In this document: piece after piece, positions 35,226 to 60,578 of the stretch
How positions within the stretch are numbered: position 1 is the first letter of the stretch
Layout of the letters: each line of letters opens with the position of its first letter
Origin: Macrostomum lignano
Lineage: Eukaryota
Assembly (NCBI GenBank): GCA_002269645.1
Contig: NIVC01000830.1
Coordinates: 1 to 64,000, forward strand
DNA length: 64,000 bases
Direction of reading: 5' to 3'
Translations under genes and position numbers: made by a program
Notes under the pieces: generated by a model
What the model was told of the DNA's origin: nothing
The model's input: the letters and a program-made list of their open reading frames with translations, nothing else
Database searches by the model: none

Positions 35226-37643
35226 GGCTTACGAGCTTAGTGGATAGAATAGCAGAAATGAGGGAAGTGCAGTGTAGTGTTAGTCAAAGAAATTGAACTT
35301 TTATTATTTAGTAATTGTTAATGACAGTTTCCTACTGAACATGTTTATTAGTATTTTACCATGCCCATTTTTCACCTTGCTTTTATGAAGATCTGGATGA
35401 GGACCAGGACCAGGATTCTCTAGGATTAGGCTTCAGAAAATAAACCAACAACAATAGCTTTAAATAGCAGGTCTCCTACTAACTTCAGGGCAAAAATGTC
35501 TATAGCACATTTGTCATTGAGAAATGTACCCACCTGGCAAGTACTACCATTTTGGCCTGGAGTCAGGACTTTAGTTTGTCATGTCTAAATGCAAGACATC
35601 TAACTGTTTAATCAATTGATTTTGATCTATTTTTGGATAGCATTTGTATGTACAATAGTGATACATTTACTATATGGCCTCTACTTGGAAAATTAATAGT
35701 ATTTATCAGTCTGCATTTATCATAATCCTTTATTGCAGTAAGAGAAGCCAAGGACAAGCAGTGAATTCATGGTTGATTGTGTGATAGAGCTGTCAAGTTT
35801 AACCCAAAATGGCTTTACAAGCAAGAATGGAAACAAGGCACCAAGGCTTTCTAGGGCTACAGTGGATGCATGGCAGAAACAATTTAATGCTCATGTCACC
35901 TTTTGTGACCTTTTTGCTCTTTTGCAGATTGATTTAGAATTTTGATCTGATGGTTTGTCTGAGCATGTTATTTATTAATATGATAATTAATTTTCCTATT
36001 GATCCTATGCATTGTTTGTACAATGGAATAGTTCAGAAGTGCTTAAAGTCTCTTAAATATGAGAATATGAGGCAAAAATTGTTTATAGCAACAAATCTAG
36101 CAATGATAATAAAATGTGCTTATTGTATTCATATTTTTGAATGGATAAACTTCTTAACTTAAAATTATCACAAAATTTTGAATATTCATACAACACAGCT
36201 TCAGTTTCAGCTATATAAGCCATCACAAAGTAGTAACATCCCACATGAAAGTCTGGACCTCAAGATAGAAAATAATGATAGAAAAGTGAACAGTGCATAT
36301 AAAAATGTTGATTCTATTTCTATTTATTTATTGTATTGATAAATGGAAAGTACAAATTTCAAAAAGAGAATATTTTCATAGGCCTTATTACCCACTCTAT
36401 ATTGGCACTTTCTTTCATGCATTTCAGAAATTTGACAAACTGTACCATATGTTTTGCTAGCATTGAGTACTGAATCAATACCGCCAACTGCTACTAGACA
36501 ACACACATTAGCCTCACTTCTGTTTCATGTGCCTATCAAGTGTAAGTCAATTTGGAAATGGCACCTTTAAAGCATAAGAAATACTGACATGATTGAGATT
36601 CATACCATGAGCTACGTTTTTTAAGCAGGATCTAGAAAAATTGTAAATTACATTTAATGGCCTACCAATATAAAAAGCACAGATAGTTTTTGCAGCTTCT
36701 TTAGTGGCAGAAAAGCATCCTCATGGTATGCCAGCAGCTCCAGTTCTCTGGCAGCTACAGCAGACTTTTGAGTTTAATGCAGCGAGTTAGCAAGCCATGA
36801 CTACTGTGGAGAACCTGTAAAGTAAAAAGTGCAAGAGCTTCAAAAAACTGATGGTCACCACAGGCTTTAATGTATTTTGCATAATTTCAGCCAGAAGTCA
36901 TCAAGATGCTTGGATCACAGATCAACTCAAAAATAGCTCTTTTTGAGGACTTTATAAACATTTTTGCTGCTTATCTTGTTATCTTTTAACTAACTTAAGA
37001 TTTTAGAAATTTGCAATGGCCGTAGTACTACCATAGTATAGCAAAATATTAAAATGCATTCAAAAACAGTTGTGTCTACTTATTTTCAATTTGCTTGCAC
37101 AACCTATACTTTCATTTTAGGTTCCACCAAGTGTCCAACCATCATTGCTACCAATAGAATTTTCAGGCTTCAATGCAAATTGTCTGCCTGTGGTAAACAA
37201 GACATCTTGCCCACTTAGGGAAATTTGCCATTACTATTTGTTTATGTTCCCATTGAGTCACAAAGCAATAAGCTAACTAAAACTGAGGGAGCATGTTCAA
37301 ATTGGCAAGCAGGTGAATTGCAAAATGGATGTCAAGGAACTAGAAAGTTGGATATTTATAGCTTCTTCATTGTCAGTTGCCATCACAACAATATTGGAGC
37401 ATGCACAGACATTTGGATAAGTGGTGAGTGGCTGATCTACACCAACTCATATTTAAAGTTTTTCCTCAGTAGTCAGCCAGTTGCAAGAGATGTTATTCTC
37501 ATATATGACATAGCCTGCAAGATGGGCAATTGCTTGCAGACTGTCCTAGAAGATATGTTATCAGTTCATCAGGTCAGGCCAGCTGTAAATGCATTTCTGG
37601 GTCCAGGTTCTTAGGAAATATAAAGCAAAATCAGTTTCTAATA

Positions 37644-38410
37644 GGGCCATTCCATATAATTATGGTCGTAACATGACAGACTATTTTTACTTATAAAATG
37701 AAATCTAATAATAGAATATACTAAACCAATATTTTGAATGAAAGATTATTTTGTCAAGAATATGTTTATAAAGTTTCATATGGATACCATTATTAGTATA
37801 GATGCTATTAAACCTTGAATGGCACTTATGATCGTAACAACAGTATTTTTGACATAGAAACTAAAAGGTAAAAGTCTTATAACATTTTTCATTTTTGATA
37901 TTTTGCAATAATTTTTTTTTAAATTTGACTAAGAACATCTTTAGAAGTCATACTCTTTTATTAAAATATATTAACTCAAAAAGGCAACAAAGATACAAAA
38001 GAAAAGGCAGCCTTATGGTCGTACAGCCACATTTTTTTCTGTCAATTCAATAACTTTGAAGTACTAATATATAAAAAATATAATAGATTATATGGTTGCT
38101 AATGTTTTTATCTGATGATGCAAATACTATAATTTTATATAGTTTGTTTTAACCTTCTAAAGCTTTCTATTTGTTTTTAAAAGGTACATAAACTTAATGA
38201 TGTCTTTTGCTTAGAAAATGTCTAATTTTTTTACAAAAATAACTTTTTGCTGATTGATAACATACTAATCCAACATTTTATCATTTATTTATTCTTAGAA
38301 TTACATACAAAAAAGATTTGGTAAAAAAAATTGGATGATAAGGCAATGACAAGCAAAAATATTGACTTTTTTCTATTTTCCAAATATGTCCATCTTATAT
38401 GGAATGGGCC
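37644..38410. mobile_element. MITE with 16-bp TIR and AATA target-site duplication
   Basis: AATA|GGGCCATTCCATATAA...TTATATGGAATGGGCC|AATA, with one mismatch between the TIRs. Confidence 0.8.
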
Positions 38411-38957
38411 AATAGATAAAAATTTCTTCAAGTCAGAAGACTGAACTTGTAAAATACTATGGCTACTGTGTAACCACTAATTTCATTGCTAATAAAGTAG
38501 CCTAAGGGTCAGTAGGGTATCATATAAAGTAGCTTTATGTCTATAAAGTATCTTTATGTCTATAAAGATTTTTATGTCAATAGAGTATCTTTATGATAGT
38601 AGAGTAGCTTCATGGCTGTAGAGTATCTTTATCATACATGTGCAACTGCTGGCCGACCTGGCCGATCTGGCCACCGTAAATTGTGGTGGACCAGGGGTAA
38701 GTCGCAAAAATGCCCAGTCTAAGGAATACAGACGTATTTCTAATTAGATAACGAGGCATTTAGCCCTTATAAGACAGTCATAGTAACTCCTGCTGTTTAC
38801 CCAAAATTGCGTTAGGGTTTTTTTACAGGTAAGTCACATTTTTGGTCAAAAAGTAAGTCGCATGGCTGGTGTAAATCAGGGGTGTTGCGCATGTATGATC
38901 TTTATATACCTGAAGAATATCTTCATGTTTATAGAGTATTTTTATGTTTGCAGATTT

Positions 38958-39075
38958 GAATTGGGGGTGGGCAGGATAGGAGGGAATTGGGGGGTGGGCA
39001 GGATAGGAGGGAATTGGGGGTGGGCAGGATAGGAGGGAATTGGGGGGTGGGCAGGATAGGAGGGAATTGGGGAAG
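38958..39075. repeat. 26-bp G-rich tandem repeat (GGGGGTGGGCAGGATAGGAGGGAATT), about 4 copies
   Basis: Direct tandem units. Confidence 0.9.
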
Positions 39076-41720
39076 GGCAAAGATGGGAGATAATTGAGAA
39101 GCATGATATAAAGGAATTAAGAGAGGGAAAAAGTAAAAATATAATGATTGAGAGAATAGACATAGGTAGAGGATAGGCAGACTAGAGTAGATTGGCCTAG
39201 GCTAAATGCAATATAAGTATATAATTCATATGACAATAAATATAAAGTAAATACACAACTGAACTAATATTAATTAATTTATTCATTAGGAAGGTTATTG
39301 GCTTCTTTTTCTTTTTCTATAGCTAGGCCTATACATTTCATAATATTGGCCTACAACAATTATTAGATTGTTAGACAAGAAGCATAAAATATAATAGGGT
39401 CTAAAATAGCTAGCCTATTTTAGACCATATACATTTTATAGACTAATAATTTAGTAGGCCTACTCTTAATAGCTATAGGCATATTACTAAAATAAAATAA
39501 CATAGCTAGCTAGGCCTACCTATCATAGGCCTAAAATTGACAAGGCCTTTTGTGTTTCTTTTCATGGTACAAGTATAGAGTGATATTAAAATAAAGAATA
39601 CAACTAAGAGCTAAAAAATTATACTAAATACCTGGCAATAAAGAAGAAAAACAAAGTAGATTAAAGCACAATGCAGTACAAAATGGCCCACATATTGATA
39701 AGAAGGCCAATATAAGGCCAATAACTGGGTGAGCCAAGGCCACCTAGCTAGCTAGCCATCAAGCTTTTTCTTTTTTAAGCCCAATTAAAATATATATCTG
39801 CCTGCAACAGGACCATTTCATCCTTATTGTCAAGAGGTCCAAGTAGCTAGTTTATTTTACAATCATTAACCTCCTAATTAAATTTCATTCAGTCATGTCA
39901 TATGTGGCTTTTTGTGCAAGCTAGGGCGACACATTTCCAAAGTTTTCGACTCTATAGACACAAACTGCTTTATTAGTCTAGGTCTTGAATTCATACATAC
40001 TAACACAATGCCCTATACTAATTAAATATGTCGAGCCATTATAATATTGGTTGTGCGTAGGCTTTTGAATTGCGCGCCATAACTGCCCAATACAAGTATA
40101 TACAGTCCGCTTTTAATCAGAAGGAAAGCATGTTATGCTGGCAGTCGACATGCCATCTACCCTATCTAATCGTAGAAAACGTTTACCTTTTCTACCGATT
40201 ACATCCATGCTGGTCGGGTGCCGATTCTGGTTTTGGAATTGATAATATGAAAAGACCCGATTTCGACGTATTGTAAAAGATAAAGTATTTAAAAGCGCGC
40301 CAGAATTTTTTACGGTATTTTTGAACGAAAAGTGCCAACCAACAACGAAACGACAAACTTTGAAACTTAAAGTATTTAAATAAGGGAATTATAATATGAA
40401 TATGAATATGAGTATGGATGAGGATTCGATTCTATAATTTAAAAAACTAAAAACAATCCGTTTAAATAAACAAATACTCGCTGCAGTTACCAAACAGAGA
40501 GATTATAATATAGTGTTCATTAAAATATTACGTTTTTAAAAAAAGATGGCAATTTTTACGACTTTCAGAAAACAGAGTTTTCAGATTTCTAGACTTTGCA
40601 TACTTTTGGTTGATATGCTACTTTTTTAGTAGTATAAGTTTGGCTCAGGCAATAAGCCTGTTTGGCCAGTATATCCTGTCTCTACTGTCTGGCTGTAGCT
40701 AATGCTTAGACTTAAATTAGACTTACTTAGACTTACATACTCGTATATATGTCTATATTGTACTTTGCTTATCATAGGAAGCATTAGTTCAAAAGTCGGA
40801 GACAACGCACATTTACTTCAGTCTAATGCACGCGTCTTAGCCCCATATTTCTAGAAATTTGAACGTGGAATCAATATTTTTTAATTCGGCGTTTTGTCGC
40901 AATTGTCTAAACAGCATTATAAAGCCTCAAGAAAAGTTTTTTGCCACTGGACGAATCCGTACCCCGCATAGCAAAATCACGTATCCAATAGAAAGTGGGA
41001 CGTCTCCAATACGTATCTTTTTTTGTTGCAGGAACGTCCTCGATACGTATTCAATTTTTATGACCCTCTAATGGTGAACAGATAATGCTTTTAATTTTAT
41101 TGATTCTTTATTCCACCATTTTTGTAGAAACGAGCTTCTTTAGAGGATCATAAAAATTGGATAAGTATCAAGGACGCCGAGCTGATTTAATCAACATGAT
41201 TTACACCTGATTGGCATGATCCGCATTGACGCGGTCTACGTTGATATGATCCCGCATGAACAAGAATTTCTCAAAAGAATTTCGGTTACTGCTAAAAACA
41301 ATTCATACGAAGTTTTATTTATACCACATAGTTTAGTCATTCGGAATGCAACGCCCTCAGGCTCCTGCCGAAACACTGCAGCTCTGCATTCCCACAATGC
41401 CGCAGTTAAAATCCAACACTTTCATGACCAAGCCCCATCTGAGGTTGGTTTGAGTGGCGTGCAGCTCTGTACCCAGCACTAAAGCCTAATGGCTCATTCT
41501 GTGCAACTCTTCAATATTACTCCATGCAGTGCTGTTGCTGCATTTCGGAAGAGAATGGCAATACTAAACTACTTACCGTGTGTGCTCTGCTCTTCGTCAG
41601 CAAACTTTATTGTTGTAAAATATAAAGCCTACACAGTTTTGGCAGCGAGGTTCATGCAGCCTTCAATGCACAATAAATTTTCTCTATTTTGTTCGGCTAA
41701 AAGCCTTGCCAATAGGGAGA

Positions 41721-41824
<104 letters not shown>

Positions 41825-42059
41825 GTTGTTCGTCTACTGAATTTCGACTCAAATATGAACGAAAACTTTGCGTCTGTTTCTTGCGCTTCCGACCGCGAGA
41901 CACAATCGGCTATTCAAATAAAATCTGCGCCTGAGAACGCGCGTTGCACCCTCAAGACTTGGCGCGTTTCCTCGGCAGCCGGACCGAATCCTTGCTGGTA
42001 ATAATTTCCACCAATTCCTGCTGCTGGCATACGACTGCGGAAGCCAAGTGGGTCGCAGC

Positions 42060-54117
<12,058 letters not shown>

Positions 54118-54121
<4 letters not shown>

Positions 54122-54518
54122 GCAGCTGGAAATGAGACTATGATTATGAGCAACTGGAAATGAGACTATGATTATGAGAAGCTGGAAATGAGACTATGAT
54201 TATGAGCAACTGGAAATGAGCGCATGATTATGAGCAACTGGAAATGAGCGCATGATTATGAGCAACTGGAAATGAGCGCATGATTATGAGCAACTGGAAA
54301 TGAGACTATGATTATGAGCAACTGGAAATGAGACTATGATTATGAGCAACTGGAAATGAGACTATGATTATGAGCAACTGGAAATGAGACTATGATTATG
54401 AGCAGCTGGAAATGAGACTATGATTATGAGCAGCTGGAAATGAGAATATGATTATGAGCAGCTGGAAATGAGCATATGATTATGAGCAGCTGGAAATGAT
54501 CTATGATTATGAGCAGCT
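54118..54518. repeat. 28-bp minisatellite (GAGCAACTGGAAATGAGACTATGATTAT) starting at the stop codon
   Basis: About 14 units. Confidence 0.93.
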
Positions 54519-55017
54519 TAAAAATTCTAAGAAAAAACTAATCCATGCTTCAGAACTAAGTTGGGAACGATTGAGTCTATTTATTTACCTGCTATTTAGG
54601 AACTCAAAGAATCTTTCATTAAATTAAAATTCAATTTAATTTGTCCTACTGTAAACACTTGCAAATCATTTTTAGCAGAAATCTTATAAGTACTTCTAAT
54701 ACTCACTCATTGCTACTTATTTCATTTAGTTGGAAATTTCGCAAACAAAAATATTCTTTTTATACATTAATACTGCTACTTAATAGTACTTTTTTGCCTC
54801 TTGTAAGGCTGACGCCTGACTTCTTTGAAGTCACCTGGGTGCCGAATGGTAACAATTTCAGACCCACATTTATATAACAACCATCCATACTACTAGTACT
54901 GCCAGCTATCCATACTAATTCATTACGGCTGCATGAATTCTATCTTTTTTGTTCCTTATTTTGCCGCGCCTGTACAGTCTACTTCAAGTATGCGCATGTG
55001 CAGAGTTGGAGAGAACC

Positions 55018-56975
55018 GGACAGGACAGGACAGGAAGGATAGGACAGGACAGGACAGGACAGGACAGGAAAGGAATGGACAGGACAGGACAGAACAGGAC
55101 AGGACAGGAAAGGACAGGACAGGAAAGGACAGGAAAGGACAGGACAGGACAGGACAGGACAGGACAGGAAAGGACAGGACAAGACAGGACAGGAAAGGAC
55201 AGGAAAGGACAGGACAGGACAGGACAGGACAGGACAGGAAAGGACAGGACAGGATAGGACAGGACAGGATAGGACAGGACAGGACAGGACAGAACAGGAC
55301 AGGACAGGAAGGATAGGACAGGACAGGACAGGACAGGACAGGAAAGGAAAGGACAGGACAGGACAGGACAGGACAGGACAGGAAAGGACAGGACAGGAAA
55401 GGACAGGAAAGGACAGGACAGGACAGGACAGGACAGGACAGGAAAGGACAGGACAAGACAGGACAGGAAAGGACAGGAAAGGACAGGACAGGACAGGACA
55501 GGACAGGACAGGACAGGACAGGACAGGATAGGACAGGACAGGATAGGACAGGACAGGACAGGACAGAACAGGACAGGACAGGACAGGACAGGAAAGGACA
55601 GGACAGGACAGGACAGGAAAGGACAGGACAGGACAGGACAGGACAGAACAGGACAGGACAAGACAGGACAGGACAGGACAGGACAGGACAGGACAGGACA
55701 GGACAGGACAGGACAGGACAGGATAGGACAGGACAGGACAGGACAGGACAGGACAGGACAGAACAGGACAGGACAGGACAGGACAGGACAGGACAGGACA
55801 GGACAGGACAGGACAGGACAGAACAGGACAGGGAGGATAAGACAGGACAGGAAAGGATAGGACAGGACAGGAAGGACAGGACAGGACAGGACAGGACAGG
55901 ACAGAACAGGACAGGGAGGATAGGACAGGACAAGAAAGGACAGGAGAGGATAGGACAGGACAGGACAGAACAGGACAGGGAGGACAGGATAGGACAGAAC
56001 AGGACAGGATAGGACAGAACAGGACAGGATAGGACAGAACAGGACAGGATAGGACAGAACAGGACAGGATAGGACAGAACAGGACAGGATAGGACAGAAC
56101 AGGACAGGATAGGACAGAACAGGACAGGATAGGACAGAACAGGACAGGATAGGACAGAACAGGACAGGATAGGACAGAACAGGACAGGATAGGACAGAAC
56201 AGGACAGGATAGGACAGAACAGGACAGGATAGGACAGAACAGGACAGGATAGGACAGAACAGGACAGGATAGGACAGAACAGGACAGGATAGGACAGAAC
56301 AGGACAGGATAGGACAGGATATGAAGGACAGAAAAGGAAAGGACAGGGTAGGACAGGACAAGACAAGACAGGACAGGACAGGAAAGGACAGGACAGGACA
56401 GGACAGAACAGGACAGGACAGGACAGGACAGGACAGGACAGGACAGGACAGGACAGGACAGGACAGGACAGGACAGAACAGGACAGGGAGGATAAGACAG
56501 GACAGGAAAGGATAGGACAGGACAGGAAGGACAGGACAGGACAGGACAGGACAGGACAGAACAGGACAGGGAGGATAGGACAGGACAAGAAAGGACAGGA
56601 CAGGATAGGACAGGACAGGACAGAACAGGACAGGGAGGACAGGATAGGACAGAACAGGACAGGATAGGACAGAACAGGACAGGATAGGACAGAACAGGAC
56701 AGGATAGGACAGGATATGAAGGACAGAAAAGGAAAGGACAGGGTAGGACAGGACAAGACAAGACAGGACAGGACAGGACAGGACAGGACAGGACAGGACA
56801 GGACAGGACAGGACAGGACAGGAAGGACAGAAAAGGAAAGGACAGGGTAGGACAGGACAAGACAAGACAGGACAGGACAGGAAAGGACAGGAAAGGACAG
56901 GACAGGACAGGACAGGACAGGACAGGACAGGATGGGACAGAGCAGGAGAGGACAGAGCAGGAGAGGACAGAGCAG
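55018..56975. repeat. (GGACA)n pentanucleotide array with a 20-bp higher-order block
   Basis: About 2 kb. The Cys/Pro/Val/Leu/Ser ORFs on the minus strand are artefacts. Confidence 0.97.
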
Positions 56976-57664
56976 AAGCATTCCAGTCCAGTCGTAGAAA
57001 CCGATTGCATCGTGAGAAATCGAAAATTTCTACTGCAGATTTTTCGACCAAATTTATCGATGGCGAAACTTCATTTAGCGCTTATGCGTTCTCTAGAGCA
57101 TGGTATATGCACTGGCGGTGGGACAAATATGACGTTCCTTACCGGCCTCCAGCTGATTTCGAAGAAAACCGAGAGCAGCGCCCTTCGACTTCAGTTGTCC
57201 ATGAAACGATGCTTTTCGAACATCGCATGCAGATTATTCTTGTCAGTATTTGGTTAATCCAAATCGAAAATGGATTGCGTAACTGGCTGAGGAATTCTAG
57301 GCTGCCGAAACGAATTTCGCAGCTATGCTGAGGTCTGATAGGAAGCCGGCCCAAGTCAGTGTTGTCAGATTTCATCGGATAGCCGGACTAACAGAAATTG
57401 ATGGCAGAGATGGACAAGACAAAGCTCATGAGGTTTTGCCTGCTGGTCACATAGTGAGCCTGAGATATATAGAGGGAACTGCCAGTTATTGCAAAAAGAA
57501 ATTTTCGCATCAATTTGGCACCAACTTGACGAATCTCCGAGCCTTGGTAGACGGTCTCTGTCCCCCAGCCCTTGTAACTCATAACTAAGCATAGTTTTTC
57601 CGATATGTAGAGTAAAAAATTACTTGAACAAAAATTAGACTTTGGTATTGCTTCTCTGATTGGC

Positions 57665-58745
57665 AGAGACGGAGAGGGAGAGTGCATGGGAGGGAGACAG
57701 AGACACACAGGAGGGAGAGTGCATGGGAGGGAGACAGAGACACACAGGAGGGAGAGTGCATGGGAGGGAGACAGAGACACACAGGAGGGAGAGTGCATGG
57801 GAGGGAGACAGAGACACACAGGAGGGAGAGTGCATGGGAGGGAGACAGAGACACACAGGAGGGAGAGTGCATGAGAGGGAGACAGAGACACAGGAGGGAG
57901 AGTGCATGAGAGGGAGACAGAGACACACAGGAGGGAGAGTGCATGAGAGGGAGACAGAGAGACACAGGAGGGAGAGTGCATGAGAGGGAGACAGAGACAC
58001 AAGGGGAGAGTACATGAGAGGGAGACAGACACACAGAGGGAGAGTGCATGAGAGGGAGAGCACATGAGAGGGAGAGTGCATGAGAGGGAGAGCGCATGAG
58101 AGGGAGAGTGCATGAGAGGGAGAGCGCATGAGAGGGAGAGTGCATGAGAGGGAGAGCACATGAGAGGGAGAGTGCATGAGAGGGAGAGCGCATGAGAGGG
58201 AGAGTGCATGAGAGAGAGAGCGCATGAGAGGGAGAGTGCATGAGAGGGAGAGTGCATGAGAGGGAGAGTGCATGAGAGGGAGAGTGCACGAGAGGGAGAG
58301 TGCATGAGAGGGAGAGTGCATGAGAGGGAGAGTGCATGAGAGGGAGAGTGCATGAGAGGGAGAGTGCATGAGAGGGAGAGTGCATGAGAGAGAGAGCGCA
58401 TGAGAGGGAGAGTGCATGAGAGGGAGAGTGCATGAGAGGGAGAGTGCATGAGAGGGAGAGTGCACGAGAGGGAGAGTGCATGAGAGGGAGAGTGCATGAG
58501 AGGGAGAGTGCATGAGAGGGAGAGTGCATGAGAGGGAGAGTGCATGAGAGGGAGAGTGCATGAGAGGGAGAGTGCATGAGAGGGAGAGTGCATGAGAGGG
58601 AGAGTGCATGAGAGGGAGAGTGCATGAGAGGGAGAGTGCATGAGAGGGAGAGTGCATGAGAGGGAGAGTGCATGAGAGGGAGAGTGCATGAGAGGGAGAG
58701 TGCACGAGAGGGAGAGTGCATGAGAGGAAGACAGAGACACAAGAG
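57665..58745. repeat. Compound minisatellite: 37-bp unit grading into a 16-bp unit (GAGAGGGAGAGTGCAT)
   Basis: Direct tandem units. Confidence 0.95.
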
Positions 58746-60069
58746 AGAGTGGTCTTCAGCTAACAGCTTATAGCTGGAGACAGAGCTGTAAATTGGAACA
58801 GTAAGTCAGAGGCCAGTGCAATGCTGTGTGAGGTGACACTAGAGTGCATATCAGGATGCAGTCAACAACTATTGATAGATTGAACGATAATAGCTATTTA
58901 GCATGCGCACGAACTCAATTGAGGCCCCGAACAGGCCCCCGAACACTGCTCATATTTGCCTGCATTCACTGCTTGGCATTATCCAGTCATGCAGTCTCCG
59001 GCAGGCCGAGTCGCTGAAGCAGATCGCTAGCTAAATCAAAGAGCAGTTATGCTAATGGGCGGGCTTTTACGAGCTAGCCTGCAAAGAGTAGCCTACAATA
59101 ATAGAGCTAGGAAACTGATCAGTGCATTAGGCAGCTAGTTTAAGCTGATTAGCTGAACTGGCCGGAGCAATAATGAGTCTAATGGGAGCAGATCCGAGCA
59201 AAACCCGGACACGCAGTTTTAACGCTTCGAAGGAGTTGTGCGAAAAAAATCGATTTTTCCAATTAGTACATTGGGCACTTTGATATTGAGGGATCCCTAT
59301 TCGTATATGGATAGGCATTAATCTTATCTACGAGAGTTGGGTACACAATATCCCCCCATAAGGATGCTGAAGCCTGGCTTTTTTGAGACCGTGCTGTGAG
59401 CCCTCCGTGAGCTGCACTCAAATACTATCGGGCGTCTTAGAGCGTCTTTGAGTCTCATGACTCACTCGCGAGTTGCACTATTTCCTTTCGGCATTTTTTC
59501 ACTTAATGTAAATACTCTAGGACAGCACAGGGATGAGGAAGTCAAGAGAGTGTACGAGTCATTCATGAGTCAAGAGCAAAACCGTATAACAGAGTAAAGA
59601 AGTAGAGGATGTAGATGTTATAATGACGCAGAATTCACAAGGACAGGACTCACGCGGATGTATAAGTCACAGGGTTTGTGAATGTAAAGAGCATGTAGAA
59701 GTAGCGAGTATGGCCCGCAATGACGTTTCAGTATGCCTGTGAAGTATGTGATAGACTTGGACTAATGGCTATGGTCTGCGATGCTTCACGCTTCGCACCC
59801 TATTCAAGTTCAAGGTCAAGGCTTGCGGCGGGAGTTCGGCAACCCTCTATTTGCCTCTGGAGGCCGCATACTCCCCCCCCCAAGTTGCCTACCTTGTAAG
59901 CCGACCAGGGGTACACGTTTCCGCGTGTGTTTAAGATGTAGAAGTCGCGAGGATTTAAGACTTCACGACGGGTGAAAGAACTCACGATGATGTAAAAGCC
60001 AAGAACTACTAGTGTTCCTGGTGGTCCTTGTAGGTAAGAGCTCGCAAGGATGAACAAGGATGCTAAGTT

Positions 60070-60578
60070 ATAGTTTGTGATGCTGTAATGATGAGAAATC
60101 TACAAGGATGCTGGGTTAATGCATGTGATGCTGCAATGATGAGAAGTCTACAAGGATGTTGGGTTAAGGCATGTGATGCTGCAATGATGAGAAGTCTACA
60201 AGGATCGATGTTGGGTTAATGCATGTGATGCTGCAATGATGAGAAGTCTACAAGGATCGATGTTGGGTTAATGCATGTGATGCTGCAATGATGAGAAGTC
60301 TACAAGGATCGATGTTGGGTTAATGCATGTGATGCTGCAATGATGAGAAGTCTACAAGGATCGATGTTGGGTTAATGCATGTGATGCTGCAATGATGAGA
60401 AGTCTACAAGGATCGATGTTGGGTTAATGCATGTGATGCTGCAATGATGAGAAGTCTACAAGGATGTTGGGTTAATGCATGTGATGCTGCAATGATGAGA
60501 AGTCTACAAGGATGTTGGGTTAATGCATGTGATGCTGCAATGATGAGAAGTCTACAAGGATCGATGTTGGGTTAATGT
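60070..60578. repeat. 48/52-bp minisatellite, about 10 copies
   Basis: GATGTTGGGTTAATGCATGTGATGCTGCAATGATGAGAAGTCTACAAGGA(TC). Confidence 0.95.

Larger units (their letters stand above)
35290..39900 (+). mobile_element. Degenerate KDZ (Kyakuja-Dileera-Zisupton)-type DNA transposon
   Basis: KCPT...NRIFRL (~37130); RKLDIYSFFIVSCHH...TDIWISGEWLIY; LIYDIACKM; PAVNAF (ORF 37225-37614); and after a MITE insertion SED*TCKILW. These resemble the CPAC..DGNFKL / LD..G.F..CRH..D...GE..Y / YDIAC / AFH / DGE.CER.W motifs of KDZ transposases. Boundaries are estimated from CpG depletion only. Confidence 0.65.

Noticed and set aside
57005-57590. 108-aa and neighbouring ORFs between two satellites
   Set aside because: No recognisable domain, no splice context, and ordinary composition.
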